DNA of 64,000 nt from Bacteriovoracia bacterium. Lineage in GTDB: Bacteria; Bdellovibrionota; UBA1018; JBFWNL01. A program made the position numbers and the translations under genes. The DNA is taken from contig JBFWNL010000013.1 of NCBI GenBank assembly GCA_050251055.1, positions 1-64,000 of the forward strand, written 5' to 3'. Within the stretch, counting starts at the first letter, position 1. Every line of letters starts with the position of its first letter. The notes under the pieces are model-generated. The model worked only from the letters and a program-made list of their open reading frames with translations. It was not told the DNA's origin and made no database searches. This document shows, piece after piece, positions 1 through 9,775 of this stretch.

Positions 1-27
1 GGTGACAGACCGCCAGAAACAAATCAC

Positions 28-780
28 TCATGAGGGCGGCTTGACCTTAGCACCGAGAGGGGATGATTGACATATTTTCCAGGGCAAAACGCCTAGGCGC
101 GGTTGCCAGGCCTCAATTCCCGGCGACTCAATGCGTAGTTCTCGTGCGGTGCGGGGGTGGGGTAAGCGCAGCTCGTAGGCCTTGAGTAACAATCCTGACA
201 GGCCAATCTCTTGGCGAAAAAATCGATTATGCTTACCGTCGCCGTGCACGGTGTCGCCGATCAATGGATGGCCGGTTCCTGCCAAGTGGCGCCGGATCTG
301 ATGAAATCGGCCCGTGAGGGGTTCGACCTCAAGAAATGAATAACGGGTGCTCGCGTGCCGGCCTACGGCGTGGGGGAGCTCGAGCTGGGCCAGGGTGCGG
401 TAGGTGGTTCGGGCTTCCGCGAGGGTATCGGAGGAGTCCCGCTTGAGTGGCCGGTCGATGATGCCCACGGCACCGCTGGCGGCTTCCGGTAGATAGCCGC
501 GCACCACCGCCCAATATTTTTTGGTGACGGCGCGCGCGGAAAACGCCTGGGCGAGTGAGGAGGCGGCCTCGGTGCTCAGCGCATATACCAGCACGCCCGA
601 AGTGGCGCGGTCCAGGCGATGCACGGGATAGAGCCATTTTCCTGATTGTTCGCGCAGACGGCGCAGGCAGTTCTCCTCGCGCGGGATGGTGATGGCGCGA
701 TTTTCCGGCGGATGGACGTAAAAGCCCGCCGGTTTATCAATTGCGATCAAATCATCGTCTTGATAAAGGATTTTGAACAC
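28..780 (-). CDS. truC: tRNA pseudouridine synthase C (RluA family)
   Basis: Motifs DKPAG, HRLDRATSG (catalytic Asp), GRFHQIRRHL, HPLIGD..HGDGKHNR typical of TruC; GTG start. Confidence 0.85.
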   Translation of the reverse strand: MFKILYQDDDLIAIDKPAGFYVHPPENRAITIPREENCLRRLREQSGKWLYPVHRLDRATSGVLVYALSTEAASSLAQAFSARAVTKKYWAVVRGYLPEAASGAVGIIDRPLKRDSSDTLAEARTTYRTLAQLELPHAVGRHASTRYSFLEVEPLTGRFHQIRRHLAGTGHPLIGDTVHGDGKHNRFFRQEIGLSGLLLKAYELRLPHPRTARELRIESPGIEAWQPRLGVLPWKICQSSPLGAKVKPPS

Positions 781-797
781 AAGGACATTCTTAGAAC

Positions 798-1913
798 ATG
801 GCGTCCGTTCGCGAAATCGTAAAAAACTTGGAAAAACTGGCGCCCGCGGGCACCGCCGAAATGTGGGATAATGTTGGGCTTTTAGTGGGAAAACCCGACG
901 CTAAAGTAGCTTCTGCCGTGATTTGCATCGACCTGAATGCGCGCGCCATCGCGGAAGCGAAAAAGAAGAAGTGCCAGCTGATCGTGAACCACCATCCTTG
1001 CATCTTCCCCCGCGAAGCCGGGCTTTCGCGCGTGACCAGCGAGGGAAAGGGCATGGGAGCCCTCGTGCATGAGTGCATCGAAAACGGAATTGCCGTGATC
1101 TCGTGTCATACGAATTTCGATCAATGCGCGCTCGAGGTCCCCCAGGAAGTTTGCCGCGGGTTGGGCTTGGAGCCGATGGGACGTTTGCTCGATGATTCCG
1201 AGGTGGTCAAGCTGTCGGTTTTTGTTCCGCGCACGCATCTCACGAAAGTGCGCGACGCGATCTGCGAAGCAGGCGCCGGTAAAATCGGCAACTACGACTT
1301 CTGCACTTTTAACGTCGAGGGGCAGGGGAGCTTTCGCGGGCTAACGGGCTCCGACCCTTTCCTGGGAAAGCCGGGGAGGCTGGAGCTTGCCGAGGAGGCG
1401 CGCCTAGAGACCGTGTTCCCAAAGGGTCTTCAGACGGAGGTGCTGCGGGCACTGAGGGAGGCACACCCCTACGAGGAAGTCGCGTATGACCTTTATCCGG
1501 TGCTTCAGCGGCCTCCGAGCGTGGGGTTGACCAAAGGACTTGGCTATGGGGTCGTCGGTAAATACAAAAAGCCTCGCGCCTTCGCGACGGTCGCCCAGGA
1601 GATCAAAAAGCTTTTTCGCGTGGACCATTTTTGGGTTTCGGAGAATCCGCCCAAAACCGTGGCCAAGGTGGGGTTTGTGGCGGGTAAGGGGGCTGGTTTT
1701 GTAGAAGCCGCGCTGGCCGAAGGGTGCGACCTCTTCGTGACGGGGGAAGCCGGTTACCACAAAGTAATCAAAGCGGCCGCGCACGGGATGGCGATCATCG
1801 AGTTGGGCCATCGTGAAAGCGAATTGTTTTTTCCGGTGGTCATGAAGAAATGGCTTTCAAACATGGGCGTGGAGGGTGTAGTTCTAGAAACCCCCGTCCA
1901 AACCATATTTTGA
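798..1913 (+). CDS. Nif3-like dinuclear metal-centre protein with PII-like insertion (YqfO type)
   Basis: WDNVGLLVG, HHP, HTNFD, GAGKIGNYDFC, AHPYEEVAYD, GEAGYH, GHRESE motifs. Confidence 0.9.
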   Translation: MASVREIVKNLEKLAPAGTAEMWDNVGLLVGKPDAKVASAVICIDLNARAIAEAKKKKCQLIVNHHPCIFPREAGLSRVTSEGKGMGALVHECIENGIAVISCHTNFDQCALEVPQEVCRGLGLEPMGRLLDDSEVVKLSVFVPRTHLTKVRDAICEAGAGKIGNYDFCTFNVEGQGSFRGLTGSDPFLGKPGRLELAEEARLETVFPKGLQTEVLRALREAHPYEEVAYDLYPVLQRPPSVGLTKGLGYGVVGKYKKPRAFATVAQEIKKLFRVDHFWVSENPPKTVAKVGFVAGKGAGFVEAALAEGCDLFVTGEAGYHKVIKAAAHGMAIIELGHRESELFFPVVMKKWLSNMGVEGVVLETPVQTIF

Positions 1914-1944
1914 AACGGGACGGGTTAATGACGCAGGAGGTTTC

Positions 1945-2667
1945 GTGACCCAGTCGCTTCCTTTGAAGGAACAGCTTAAAGCCCTCGAACAACTCCAGGA
2001 AATCGACCTTAAGATCGACCAGCTCCAGGCCAAGAAAACGTCCCTCCCGGCTCAGCTCAAGGTTCTCGAAAATACCTTAGCGCTCTCGAAAAAGACCCTC
2101 GAAAAGAAAACTTTTGATCTCCGCGAAGTGGAGAAACAGTTGAAGCAAACGCGCGCGGCGATGCAGCTGAATCAAGAGCGGATGGACCGCGCGGGCTCCC
2201 GTATTGCCGACGTAAATAACACCAAGGAATTCGGCGCCGCGAACAAGGAAGTGGATCAGCTGACGAAGCTGAACGCCGAACTCGATACCCAGCGCCAAAA
2301 AATCGAAGCGGATCTTGCGACCGCCCAAAAGGGCGTGGACGACGCGACGGCGAGCCATGACGAGCTTCAAAAGAAGTGGGAAGCCGAATCCGCCACCGTG
2401 ACCGGCCAAGTGTCTGGCCTGGATGGAGACATCGGCAAGCTCATGGGCGATCGCAAGCAATTCACGCCCGGTATTCGTTCGGATATCCTCTCGCGCTACG
2501 ACCGCGTACGGAAGGCCAAGAACGGCATGGGCATCGCCCCGGCGATCGCGGGGCGCTGCAAGGGTTGCAACATGATGATCAACCCGCAGATGTACAACGA
2601 GATGCACAAGGGCCTGGAGGTCCACGCCTGCCACACCTGCCATCGCATCTTGTACCTGGCGGGTTAA
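1945..2667 (+). CDS. Coiled-coil protein with C4 zinc ribbon (DUF164/CT398-like)
   Basis: LQEIDLKID start, long coiled coil, C-terminal CKGC..CHTCHRIL; classic neighbour of Nif3; RBS GGAGG. Confidence 0.85.
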   Translation: MTQSLPLKEQLKALEQLQEIDLKIDQLQAKKTSLPAQLKVLENTLALSKKTLEKKTFDLREVEKQLKQTRAAMQLNQERMDRAGSRIADVNNTKEFGAANKEVDQLTKLNAELDTQRQKIEADLATAQKGVDDATASHDELQKKWEAESATVTGQVSGLDGDIGKLMGDRKQFTPGIRSDILSRYDRVRKAKNGMGIAPAIAGRCKGCNMMINPQMYNEMHKGLEVHACHTCHRILYLAG

Positions 2668-2683
2668 TCCGCGTTATCTAGGG

Positions 2684-3028
2684 TTATTTTACCGTTCGCA
2701 CGCAACCGGCGAGGCACTCTTGAAGCTCTCGCTCAATTTCCTTTTTTCGATCGCATTCGGAGTCGGCTACCGCGGGTAGCGTCAGCCCCGCCGTGCAAAT
2801 AATGGCGAATAGGCCGACTAAGCCGGTGGCATCCTCCAAGGAGCGGATTTTGCGACCGTAATCCTCGAAGCAGCCATTCGCGCATTCCAGGTCACTGTAT
2901 TGGTAGCGGCCTGGCTGTTTGATGGAAAGTGCGCGGGCTGGCTGGATCGCGACGCTATTTAAAAAAACCGTAACGGCAAATGCGATAGTACCCACGCGAA
3001 GCGTAGACTTCTGGTCCCAGATTTTCAT
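2684..3028 (-). CDS. Small secreted Cys-rich hypothetical protein
   Basis: Signal-like N-terminus ending ARA, CxxxC pairs flanking a hydrophobic segment. Confidence 0.5.
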   Translation of the reverse strand: MKIWDQKSTLRVGTIAFAVTVFLNSVAIQPARALSIKQPGRYQYSDLECANGCFEDYGRKIRSLEDATGLVGLFAIICTAGLTLPAVADSECDRKKEIERELQECLAGCVRTVK

Positions 3029-3195
3029 ATACCTGCCCCCAATGTAGATAGTTCTGAACCGAACTTGATTAGCTTATGTGACGCAGCGAGTACTGAAAAT
3101 GTGTCAAATAAAACATAGAGTTGAGAGTTTGATTCGTTATTTTTTATTAACAATTGAAGCGCGACGAGGCGCGCGCTCGGTGTTATCAGAAGATG

Positions 3196-3701
3196 GACAC
3201 GCAAGACGGGTGATCGCCGGTGAAAACAGGTTGCGAGTACAGTGACGCCTTCGGGCGCCACCCAGGCGCGGAACACTGATTCACGGGAGGAAAGTCCGGG
3301 CTCCATAAAGCAAGGTACTGGTTAACGGCCAGGCGTTCTCGGAGGCGGCGCGAGCTGCCCGAGGGGGCGACGGATAGTGCAACAGAGAACAGACCGCCCC
3401 ATCGGTAGCGATACCGACGGGGTAAGGGTGAAACGGTGGGGTAAGAGCCCACCGCTTGAGTGGCGACACTTAAGGCATGGCAAACCCTACCTGGAGCAAG
3501 ACCAAATAGGGAAGCGCGTGGCGAGGTGGTGGTGAGCGAAAGTTTGCCTCCATGCCACAAGGATCGGCTCGATCCTCGCTTTCGGGTAAGGTCGCTTGAG
3601 CCGCCCGGTAACGGTCGGCCTAGAGGAATGATCGCCTCCGATGAGGGCATGATGCATCAGCCCTGATCGAAGACAGAACCCGGCTTACAGTCTTGCGTGT
3701 C
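3196..3701 (+). ncRNA. rnpB: RNase P RNA, bacterial type A
   Basis: GAGGAAAGTCCGGGCTCC, AGTGCAACAGA, GGTAAGAG, GGAGCAAG, ACAGAACCCGGCTTA; P1 helix 3196-3207 pairs with 3690-3701; followed by a T run. Confidence 0.97.
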
Positions 3702-3749
3702 ACTTTTTTTTGCATCCCCCATGGGTCTTTGTTAAGGTCCGCTGATCAA

Positions 3750-5768
3750 ATGAAAACCTGGGGTGTCAGCGAATCGCTGAAGCTTTACAACATCGAAAAC
3801 TGGGGCGGCCAGTACTTCGGCATCAACCCCGCCGGTAACATCTCCGTTCATCCCCGTCAGGGCCACGGCCCGACCATCGACATCACGCACGTGATCGATG
3901 ATATCCGCAAACAGGGTCTGAAGACCCCCGTCGTGATTCGGTTTCAAGATATTATCCGCCACCGGGTGGTCGAGCTGAATGAAGCGTTCCGCCGTTCGAT
4001 CGTCGAAGCGGGGTATAAAGGCAAGTACCAGGGTGTCTATCCGGTGAAGGTGAACCAGATGCGCGAAGTGGTCGAGGAGATCCTCGACGCTGGCGTGTCC
4101 TACGACTTCGGACTGGAAGCCGGTTCGAAGGCCGAGCTCGCTGCCGTGATTGCCATGGAAACTACGCCGGGTTCCCTCATCATCTGTAACGGCTATAAAG
4201 ATTATAATTTCGTGAAGACCGCGCTCATGGGCCTTAAGCTCGGCAAGCGCGTGCTGATCGTGGTCGAGAAGCTCTCCGAACTCTACCAGGTGATCGGCGT
4301 GTCCAAGGAATTGGGCGTAAAACCTTTGATCGGTATCCGCTCGAAGCTCTACACCAAGGGCTCGGGGCGGTGGGAAACGAGCGGCGGCGAAACCGCCAAA
4401 TTCGGCCTCACTACGCCGGAACTCTTGCACGCCGTGAACGTGCTCAAGCAGGCCGGCCTGGAAGACAGCTTCAAGCTTCTGCACTTTCATATCGGCTCCC
4501 AGATCACGAACATCACCACGATTAAGGACGCGGTCAAGGAAGCGAGCCGCATCTACGCGAAGCTGATCAAGATGGGCCTTAAGCTCGAGTACATCGATGT
4601 AGGCGGAGGTTTGGGCGTCGATTACGATGGGTCCCGCACCAATTTCGCGAGCTCGATCAACTATACGCTCTCCGAATATGTCGAAGGCGTGGTCTATACG
4701 ATCCAGGAAGTCTGCCAGGCCGAGGAAGTTCCGGAGCCGAACATCGTTTCCGAAAGCGGCCGCGCGCTCGTCGCGCACCATTCGGTTCTGGTCGTGGATG
4801 TGTTCGGCAGCATCGAGGTCGGCGCGACCCCCGTTGCGATTGAGTTCGCCGAAAGCGAGAGCGAAGTCGTCGAAGCCATGCGCGAGATTTACAAAACGGT
4901 CTCGCATAAGAATTTAGCGCAAGCTTATCACGACGCGATCGAAAAGAAGGACGAGGCGCTGAGCATGTTCAAGCTCGGTATCCTTCCGCTCGAGGACCGC
5001 GCCAAGGTGGAGCACCTTTTTTGGCTCACCTGCCAACAGATCTTCAAACTCTCCAAAGACCTCAAATACGTGCCGGACGAAATCCAGGACCTGAACAAGC
5101 CGCTGGCGGATCAGTTCCTGTGCAATTTCTCCGTGTTTCAATCGATGCTCGATCATTGGGCCATCGACCATCTCTTCCCGATCATGCCGCTGCATCGCCT
5201 GGCCGAGCAGCCGGCGCACGATGCGACGCTGGTGGACATCACCTGCGACTCCGATGGCAAGATCTCCAAGTTCGTAGATCTACGCGATATCAGCGACACG
5301 ATTCGCGTGCACAACCTGAAGGAAGGCGAGCCTTACTATCTCGGCTTCTTCCTGATGGGCGCGTACCAGGACATCATGGGCGATCTGCATAATCTTTTCG
5401 GCCGCGTGAACGAAGTACATGTGTTTCTCGATGAGACGGAACCAGGCGGTTACTACGTCGAAGAGATCATCCCGGGTAACAACATCGCCGAAGTGCTTTC
5501 GATGACCCAGTACAGCGCCGAGTACCTCAAGAAGCGCGTGAAGATCCAGATCGACGCTAAGGTGCGCGAAGGCGAGATCAAGCCGCGCGAAGGCGTGGAG
5601 CTACAGAACTTTTACGAAGGCGTGCTCCATGGCTACACTTACGCGCAGATGGAAAAGGGCCACACCAACGGGTCGGCCCTGACCGTCGAAAATGGCTCCG
5701 TGAACGGCGCGAGCGGCATGGCGACGGGAACGGTGAGCGCGGATGCCGCCTCCACGGCCCGCACATGA
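3750..5768 (+). CDS. speA: Biosynthetic arginine decarboxylase
   Basis: YPVKVNQ (PLP Lys), GLEAGSKAEL, HFHIGSQI, DVGGGLGVDYDG, ITCDSDG, GAYQDIMGDLHNLFG; start moved to ATG 3750. Confidence 0.95.
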   Translation: MKTWGVSESLKLYNIENWGGQYFGINPAGNISVHPRQGHGPTIDITHVIDDIRKQGLKTPVVIRFQDIIRHRVVELNEAFRRSIVEAGYKGKYQGVYPVKVNQMREVVEEILDAGVSYDFGLEAGSKAELAAVIAMETTPGSLIICNGYKDYNFVKTALMGLKLGKRVLIVVEKLSELYQVIGVSKELGVKPLIGIRSKLYTKGSGRWETSGGETAKFGLTTPELLHAVNVLKQAGLEDSFKLLHFHIGSQITNITTIKDAVKEASRIYAKLIKMGLKLEYIDVGGGLGVDYDGSRTNFASSINYTLSEYVEGVVYTIQEVCQAEEVPEPNIVSESGRALVAHHSVLVVDVFGSIEVGATPVAIEFAESESEVVEAMREIYKTVSHKNLAQAYHDAIEKKDEALSMFKLGILPLEDRAKVEHLFWLTCQQIFKLSKDLKYVPDEIQDLNKPLADQFLCNFSVFQSMLDHWAIDHLFPIMPLHRLAEQPAHDATLVDITCDSDGKISKFVDLRDISDTIRVHNLKEGEPYYLGFFLMGAYQDIMGDLHNLFGRVNEVHVFLDETEPGGYYVEEIIPGNNIAEVLSMTQYSAEYLKKRVKIQIDAKVREGEIKPREGVELQNFYEGVLHGYTYAQMEKGHTNGSALTVENGSVNGASGMATGTVSADAASTART

Positions 5769-6862
5769 AAATCCAGAACCAAGGCTTTGATCATGTTGAG
5801 TTCGTCGTATCCGACCTGACTCGGCACGAGGACATGTACCGTCGCATGGGTTTCGAGAAGATTGGTGAACGCTTTTCTAAAGTGAAAGGTTCGCACACCG
5901 TCGCTTACGCCCAAGGGTTTATCCGCATCCTGCTCACCTGCCCGGACGGTACGCCGGGCGCGCGCGCAACTTTCGATAAAACGGAAGAAGGTAAGTTTCT
6001 AGCCGCTCACGGTGACGGTATCTGCGTGCTCGCGGTCGAAGTGGACGATGCCCGAAAGGCGTACGAGTTAACTACGGGGCGTGGGGCCCGGAGCGCGATG
6101 GCGCCGAAGGTATTCGAAGGTACGGGCGGGAGCCTCGTGCGTTCCGAGATCTGGACGCCGGCCGATCTGCGTTACGCGTTCATTCAGCGTAAGTCGCCCA
6201 ATGGATTGAAGTCGCCGGCGCTTTTAGATGGCGAGCTTCCGGTTTCGCGCCTAGAGAGTCCGTCGCCGCGCAATTTACGCGTGATCGACCACCTCACCAA
6301 TAACGTCTCCATCGGCGAGATGAAGAAGTGGGTCGAGTGGTACAAGCAGACTTTTGAGTTCATCGTTTCGCGCCACTTTCACATCAAGACGGGCCGCACC
6401 GGGTTGATTTCCGACGTGGTGCAGTCGACGGATCACAAGATCAAGGTGCCGATTAACGAGGCCACCGAACCCGAAAGTCAGGTCCAGGAATTCGTGGATC
6501 GTTTCAAGGGCCCGGGCGTCCAGCACTTGGCTTTGCTCACGACCGACATCATGGATACTTTGCCCGGCTTACGCCGCGAGGGATTCAAGTTTCTCACCGT
6601 GCCTCATTCGTATTACGAGGTCGTGCCGACGCGCGTGCCGAACGTGACCGAGGATTTAGTGAAGTTAGAAGAGCAGGGTATCCTGCTCGACGGCGAGAAA
6701 GAAGGCTACTTGCTGCAGATCTTCGGTGAAGAAGCGGTCGGTCCGTTTTTCTTCGAGTACATCCAACGCAAGGGCAACCAAGGTTTCGGAGAAGGCAACT
6801 TCAAGGCGTTGTTCGAAGCCATCGAGCGCGATCAGATTCAGCGGGGCGTGCTGAAGGCTTAA
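5765..6862 (+). CDS. hppD: 4-hydroxyphenylpyruvate dioxygenase
   Basis: IDHLTNNV, PINE, GVQHLAL, LLQIF, FFEYIQRKGNQGFGEGNFKALFEAIERDQ; ATGA overlap with speA. Confidence 0.93.
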   Translation: MKIQNQGFDHVEFVVSDLTRHEDMYRRMGFEKIGERFSKVKGSHTVAYAQGFIRILLTCPDGTPGARATFDKTEEGKFLAAHGDGICVLAVEVDDARKAYELTTGRGARSAMAPKVFEGTGGSLVRSEIWTPADLRYAFIQRKSPNGLKSPALLDGELPVSRLESPSPRNLRVIDHLTNNVSIGEMKKWVEWYKQTFEFIVSRHFHIKTGRTGLISDVVQSTDHKIKVPINEATEPESQVQEFVDRFKGPGVQHLALLTTDIMDTLPGLRREGFKFLTVPHSYYEVVPTRVPNVTEDLVKLEEQGILLDGEKEGYLLQIFGEEAVGPFFFEYIQRKGNQGFGEGNFKALFEAIERDQIQRGVLKA

Positions 6863-6892
6863 GCTTTCGCGGCTGGGCGGGGAAAGCCTGCA

Positions 6893-7990
6893 TTAATGGT
6901 GTAGCGCTAGACCTAGCCTCACTATTTTCAAAGCCTTGGCTCCCGAGCTCCCCAGGGTAGTGATTTCCGGGACGGTACCCAAAACGCCGCTCGTCGCATC
7001 GATCGGATAGGAATAAAAGCTCGATCCGGAAACATAATAGAAAAACTTGCCGCCGGGATCTAGATCCGCGGTTCGCAAAGAATTAGTTGCGGCCCCGGTG
7101 GGATACGCATGGGTGGCGATGCGGGTCATGGCGCCGGTTTCTAGATTCACGCTTATCACGGCGATCGACGTCGAACCCAGTACGTAGACAATCGGCAGCG
7201 TGGGGTGCATCAAGGCGGAGGCCGCATCGGCTGGAATACCGTTGGCCTGCAGTAAGGTAGCATGCGCCGTTAGAGCGCCATCGCTCCCGTCGAACGAGAT
7301 CGACTGCAATTTGCCCGAGATTTGATTTACGACGAATAGCCAGTCAGTTCCGGATCGACTCGCATAGAAACACGCGAGACAAGTAATGGCTCCGGAGACC
7401 TGGGTGGCCGAGGTCAGGGAAGTTCCGTCTTTAAACACGTATAAAACCGGTCCACCGGTGGAATCACTAATGAAGACGAAACGGCGATCCGCATCGGTGC
7501 CGACATCGGGATTTACGCCGCCCGCGTTCAGGATTTTCTTGTCCGAAAGGCTTCCGTCCGTCCCGGCCGCGAAGCTCGCCACCTTTCCGGCCGTTAAGCT
7601 CGCCGAGAGGAGTCGCCCTGACTCGGACGCAAATGCGATCGGAGCGGTCCCCGCATGAGTCGCGCTGCCCGCTAAGTAGGAGCTGCCGTTTGCGGAGTTA
7701 ATCTGGAATACCAGTATTTTTCCGGCCGTGTAATCGGATACGTAGAGGAGCGGGTACTGGGGGTGCTTGAGGATGTCATTGGCCGATTGAAAGGTGTTCA
7801 GGGTGCGGGAAATGAAGGTGGCTCGGCCTGTATCGTCGATCACGTAGGTTTCTAGCGCGCTCGCGGTAACGACATAGGCGAGGGTTTGCTGTTCGACCGG
7901 ATTGAGGAAGCGCGTTCCGCAGCCGAAGCTGGCGAGCATGCACAGGCCGATGGCGATTCTGCGATTGAGAGTGGACGAAAATTTTCCCAT
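6893..7990 (-). CDS. Lactonase-family beta-propeller lipoprotein
   Basis: Lipobox-like FGC; repeated HP..P.LYV / DPGGKFFY blades and 'IDATSGVL' turns. Confidence 0.7.
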   Translation of the reverse strand: MGKFSSTLNRRIAIGLCMLASFGCGTRFLNPVEQQTLAYVVTASALETYVIDDTGRATFISRTLNTFQSANDILKHPQYPLLYVSDYTAGKILVFQINSANGSSYLAGSATHAGTAPIAFASESGRLLSASLTAGKVASFAAGTDGSLSDKKILNAGGVNPDVGTDADRRFVFISDSTGGPVLYVFKDGTSLTSATQVSGAITCLACFYASRSGTDWLFVVNQISGKLQSISFDGSDGALTAHATLLQANGIPADAASALMHPTLPIVYVLGSTSIAVISVNLETGAMTRIATHAYPTGAATNSLRTADLDPGGKFFYYVSGSSFYSYPIDATSGVLGTVPEITTLGSSGAKALKIVRLGLALHH

Positions 7991-7999
7991 GGGGTTGCT

Positions 8000-8707
8000 T
8001 CAGGGATCGATGCGTTCTCGGTCGTCTTCGATGTGCATGCGGTCGAGCGAAATCCCCGCACGTAAGGCCGTGTCCAAGGCGGAAGCGGTCTTGATTCGAG
8101 GGAAGCGCGTTTCGGCTTTCAGGAAAATCGGGATGTCGAGCGCGTTTCCGGCAACCACTTCGAACTCACCCGCGGCGACGATGACGTGGGAGCGCGCCGA
8201 TTCGACGACGATTCCCGTCGCGGAGCGGTTCCGGGCCGACAGGCGTTCTAAAGAAGGGCATTGGTCCGAAGGCGACACCTCGAATTTTAAATCCCGGTAT
8301 TTTCCGGGTCGTAATCCCAGGGCGACCCAGGTTCGTTCGGTGGTTTTCGTTGAAACTTTGTTTTGCTGGGGGACGAAGTCCAAGAATGCATCTTGCGTAT
8401 CGGGTTCTCCGTCCGAGTCAAAGGACCGATCGTCCACCGTGCCAGTGATGCGCGTGATGCAGGTTTGCAGCGTCCATTCGCCATAGTCGGGGGTCCGTCC
8501 ATCGGATTCACCTAAGAGCTCTAGGCGTAACGTGACGGGAATCCATGGATTGAGTAACGTGGTGCCACTGCGCGATTCGGTGGTTTTTGGCGCACAGGCG
8601 CCCGCGCCCGCGAGGGTCAGAAAAAGGAAGAAGATGCCTCGATGGAAATGCAATTGGCCCCCGTTCTTGATTCTTAGTTTACAGTATTTGAGTGTTTTAA
8701 TCAACAT
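8000..8707 (-). CDS. Hypothetical lipoprotein
   Basis: Hydrophobic stretch then AGAC lipobox; start uncertain. Confidence 0.5.
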   Translation of the reverse strand: MLIKTLKYCKLRIKNGGQLHFHRGIFFLFLTLAGAGACAPKTTESRSGTTLLNPWIPVTLRLELLGESDGRTPDYGEWTLQTCITRITGTVDDRSFDSDGEPDTQDAFLDFVPQQNKVSTKTTERTWVALGLRPGKYRDLKFEVSPSDQCPSLERLSARNRSATGIVVESARSHVIVAAGEFEVVAGNALDIPIFLKAETRFPRIKTASALDTALRAGISLDRMHIEDDRERIDP

Positions 8708-8743
8708 TGTGAGTTTTCCTTGCCTCTATTTAATATATTGTTT

Positions 8744-9598
8744 TTATTGTCTTTTTCTCTTTGTTACCTTCCGCTTGGGGGTAAGGTGGGCGAGCGGAAA
8801 TGCCATGAGCCCAACGTGGATCACCCGCTCCGGGGATTCTCCGGAGGAATCCTCCTGCCCGATGGCGACCGCCTCCCCGAGCGACTTTTCTAGGATGGCG
8901 ACGATTCTGCGGTAACCGCTTTCCGAAATGCCGATCGTATGGCTCAGGGTGTGGCGTTCGTTGGATTCATTTTCTAGGATGGAGCGCGCGCCGAGCGCCC
9001 ATGTCTTCTCGTAGTACTCCGCCATGGATATTCGGTACGCGGGGCCACCCCGGACGATGTGCTCTTGGCTGCTGGTGTAGCCTCCGCCCTCCCGCGGGAC
9101 GATCAGACCATGCTCGACCAGGAAGTTCAGCGCGGACTGGATTTCATTCAGGCCTACCTTGTGTTGTAGGCGCGCGCAGATCCAGTGTGGATCCAGCGAA
9201 AATCCAGGCAAATTCGCCATTTCTCGGATGACCGGATAATACCAGCGCGAGAGATAACGGAAGGTTCTCTCGTCGTCCCCGTGGTTTTTACGAAAACCCC
9301 AGAGATTTTGCATCGCTTGAAAAGCCTCGCGCTTTCGGAGCTGGTCCTTTGAATCCGCGTATTCCCGAAGTTGGAGCAGGTAGGCGGTTTCGCGCTCGTC
9401 CAAGCCCAGGCGCCGCGCGATGCGGGCGAGCTGCTCGGCGTTGATTTTGCGGGTGCCACCCAGGATGCGAGACAGATAGGAGTGGGAAACGTCGGCGGCG
9501 GCGGCCAACGTGTTGAGGGCGAGTGCCTGCGGCGACTTCAAGTAGTCTTGGAGGAAATCGCGGTGGCTCCAATAGTCGTAAACCGTAGGCGCGGCCAT
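8744..9598 (-). CDS. TIGR02147-family protein (XRE HTH + DUF4423)
   Basis: VYDY..HRDFL, HTH SYLSRILGGTRK, WYYPVIREM, ERHTLSHTIGIS, GLMAFPL C-terminus. Confidence 0.8.
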   Translation of the reverse strand: MAAPTVYDYWSHRDFLQDYLKSPQALALNTLAAAADVSHSYLSRILGGTRKINAEQLARIARRLGLDERETAYLLQLREYADSKDQLRKREAFQAMQNLWGFRKNHGDDERTFRYLSRWYYPVIREMANLPGFSLDPHWICARLQHKVGLNEIQSALNFLVEHGLIVPREGGGYTSSQEHIVRGGPAYRISMAEYYEKTWALGARSILENESNERHTLSHTIGISESGYRRIVAILEKSLGEAVAIGQEDSSGESPERVIHVGLMAFPLAHLTPKRKVTKRKRQ

Positions 9599-9720
9599 GT
9601 TTTCATTTTAGCAAAAATCAGAATATTTGTTCCTTTTTTTATTTTATAAAATGTTTATTTTAAAAATAATACAATAATAATAAATATTTATAATAAATTA
9701 TTTACCTATAAATATTTATT

Positions 9721-9752
9721 AATTTGACTTATTGCGTCAAATTCGCTAATCT
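9721..9752 (+). promoter_or_regulatory. sigma70-type promoter with palindromic operator over the -35
   Basis: TTGACT-N17-TAATCT; perfect palindrome AATTTGAC-N7-GTCAAATT at 9721-9743. Confidence 0.65.
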
Positions 9753-9775
9753 GATTTGGAAACGGGGGAAGTGCG

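Noticed and set aside
3025-3749. ORFs overlapping 3025-3749 and the 3693 extended start of speA
   Set aside because: They overlap the rnpB RNA gene; speA homology begins at ATG 3750
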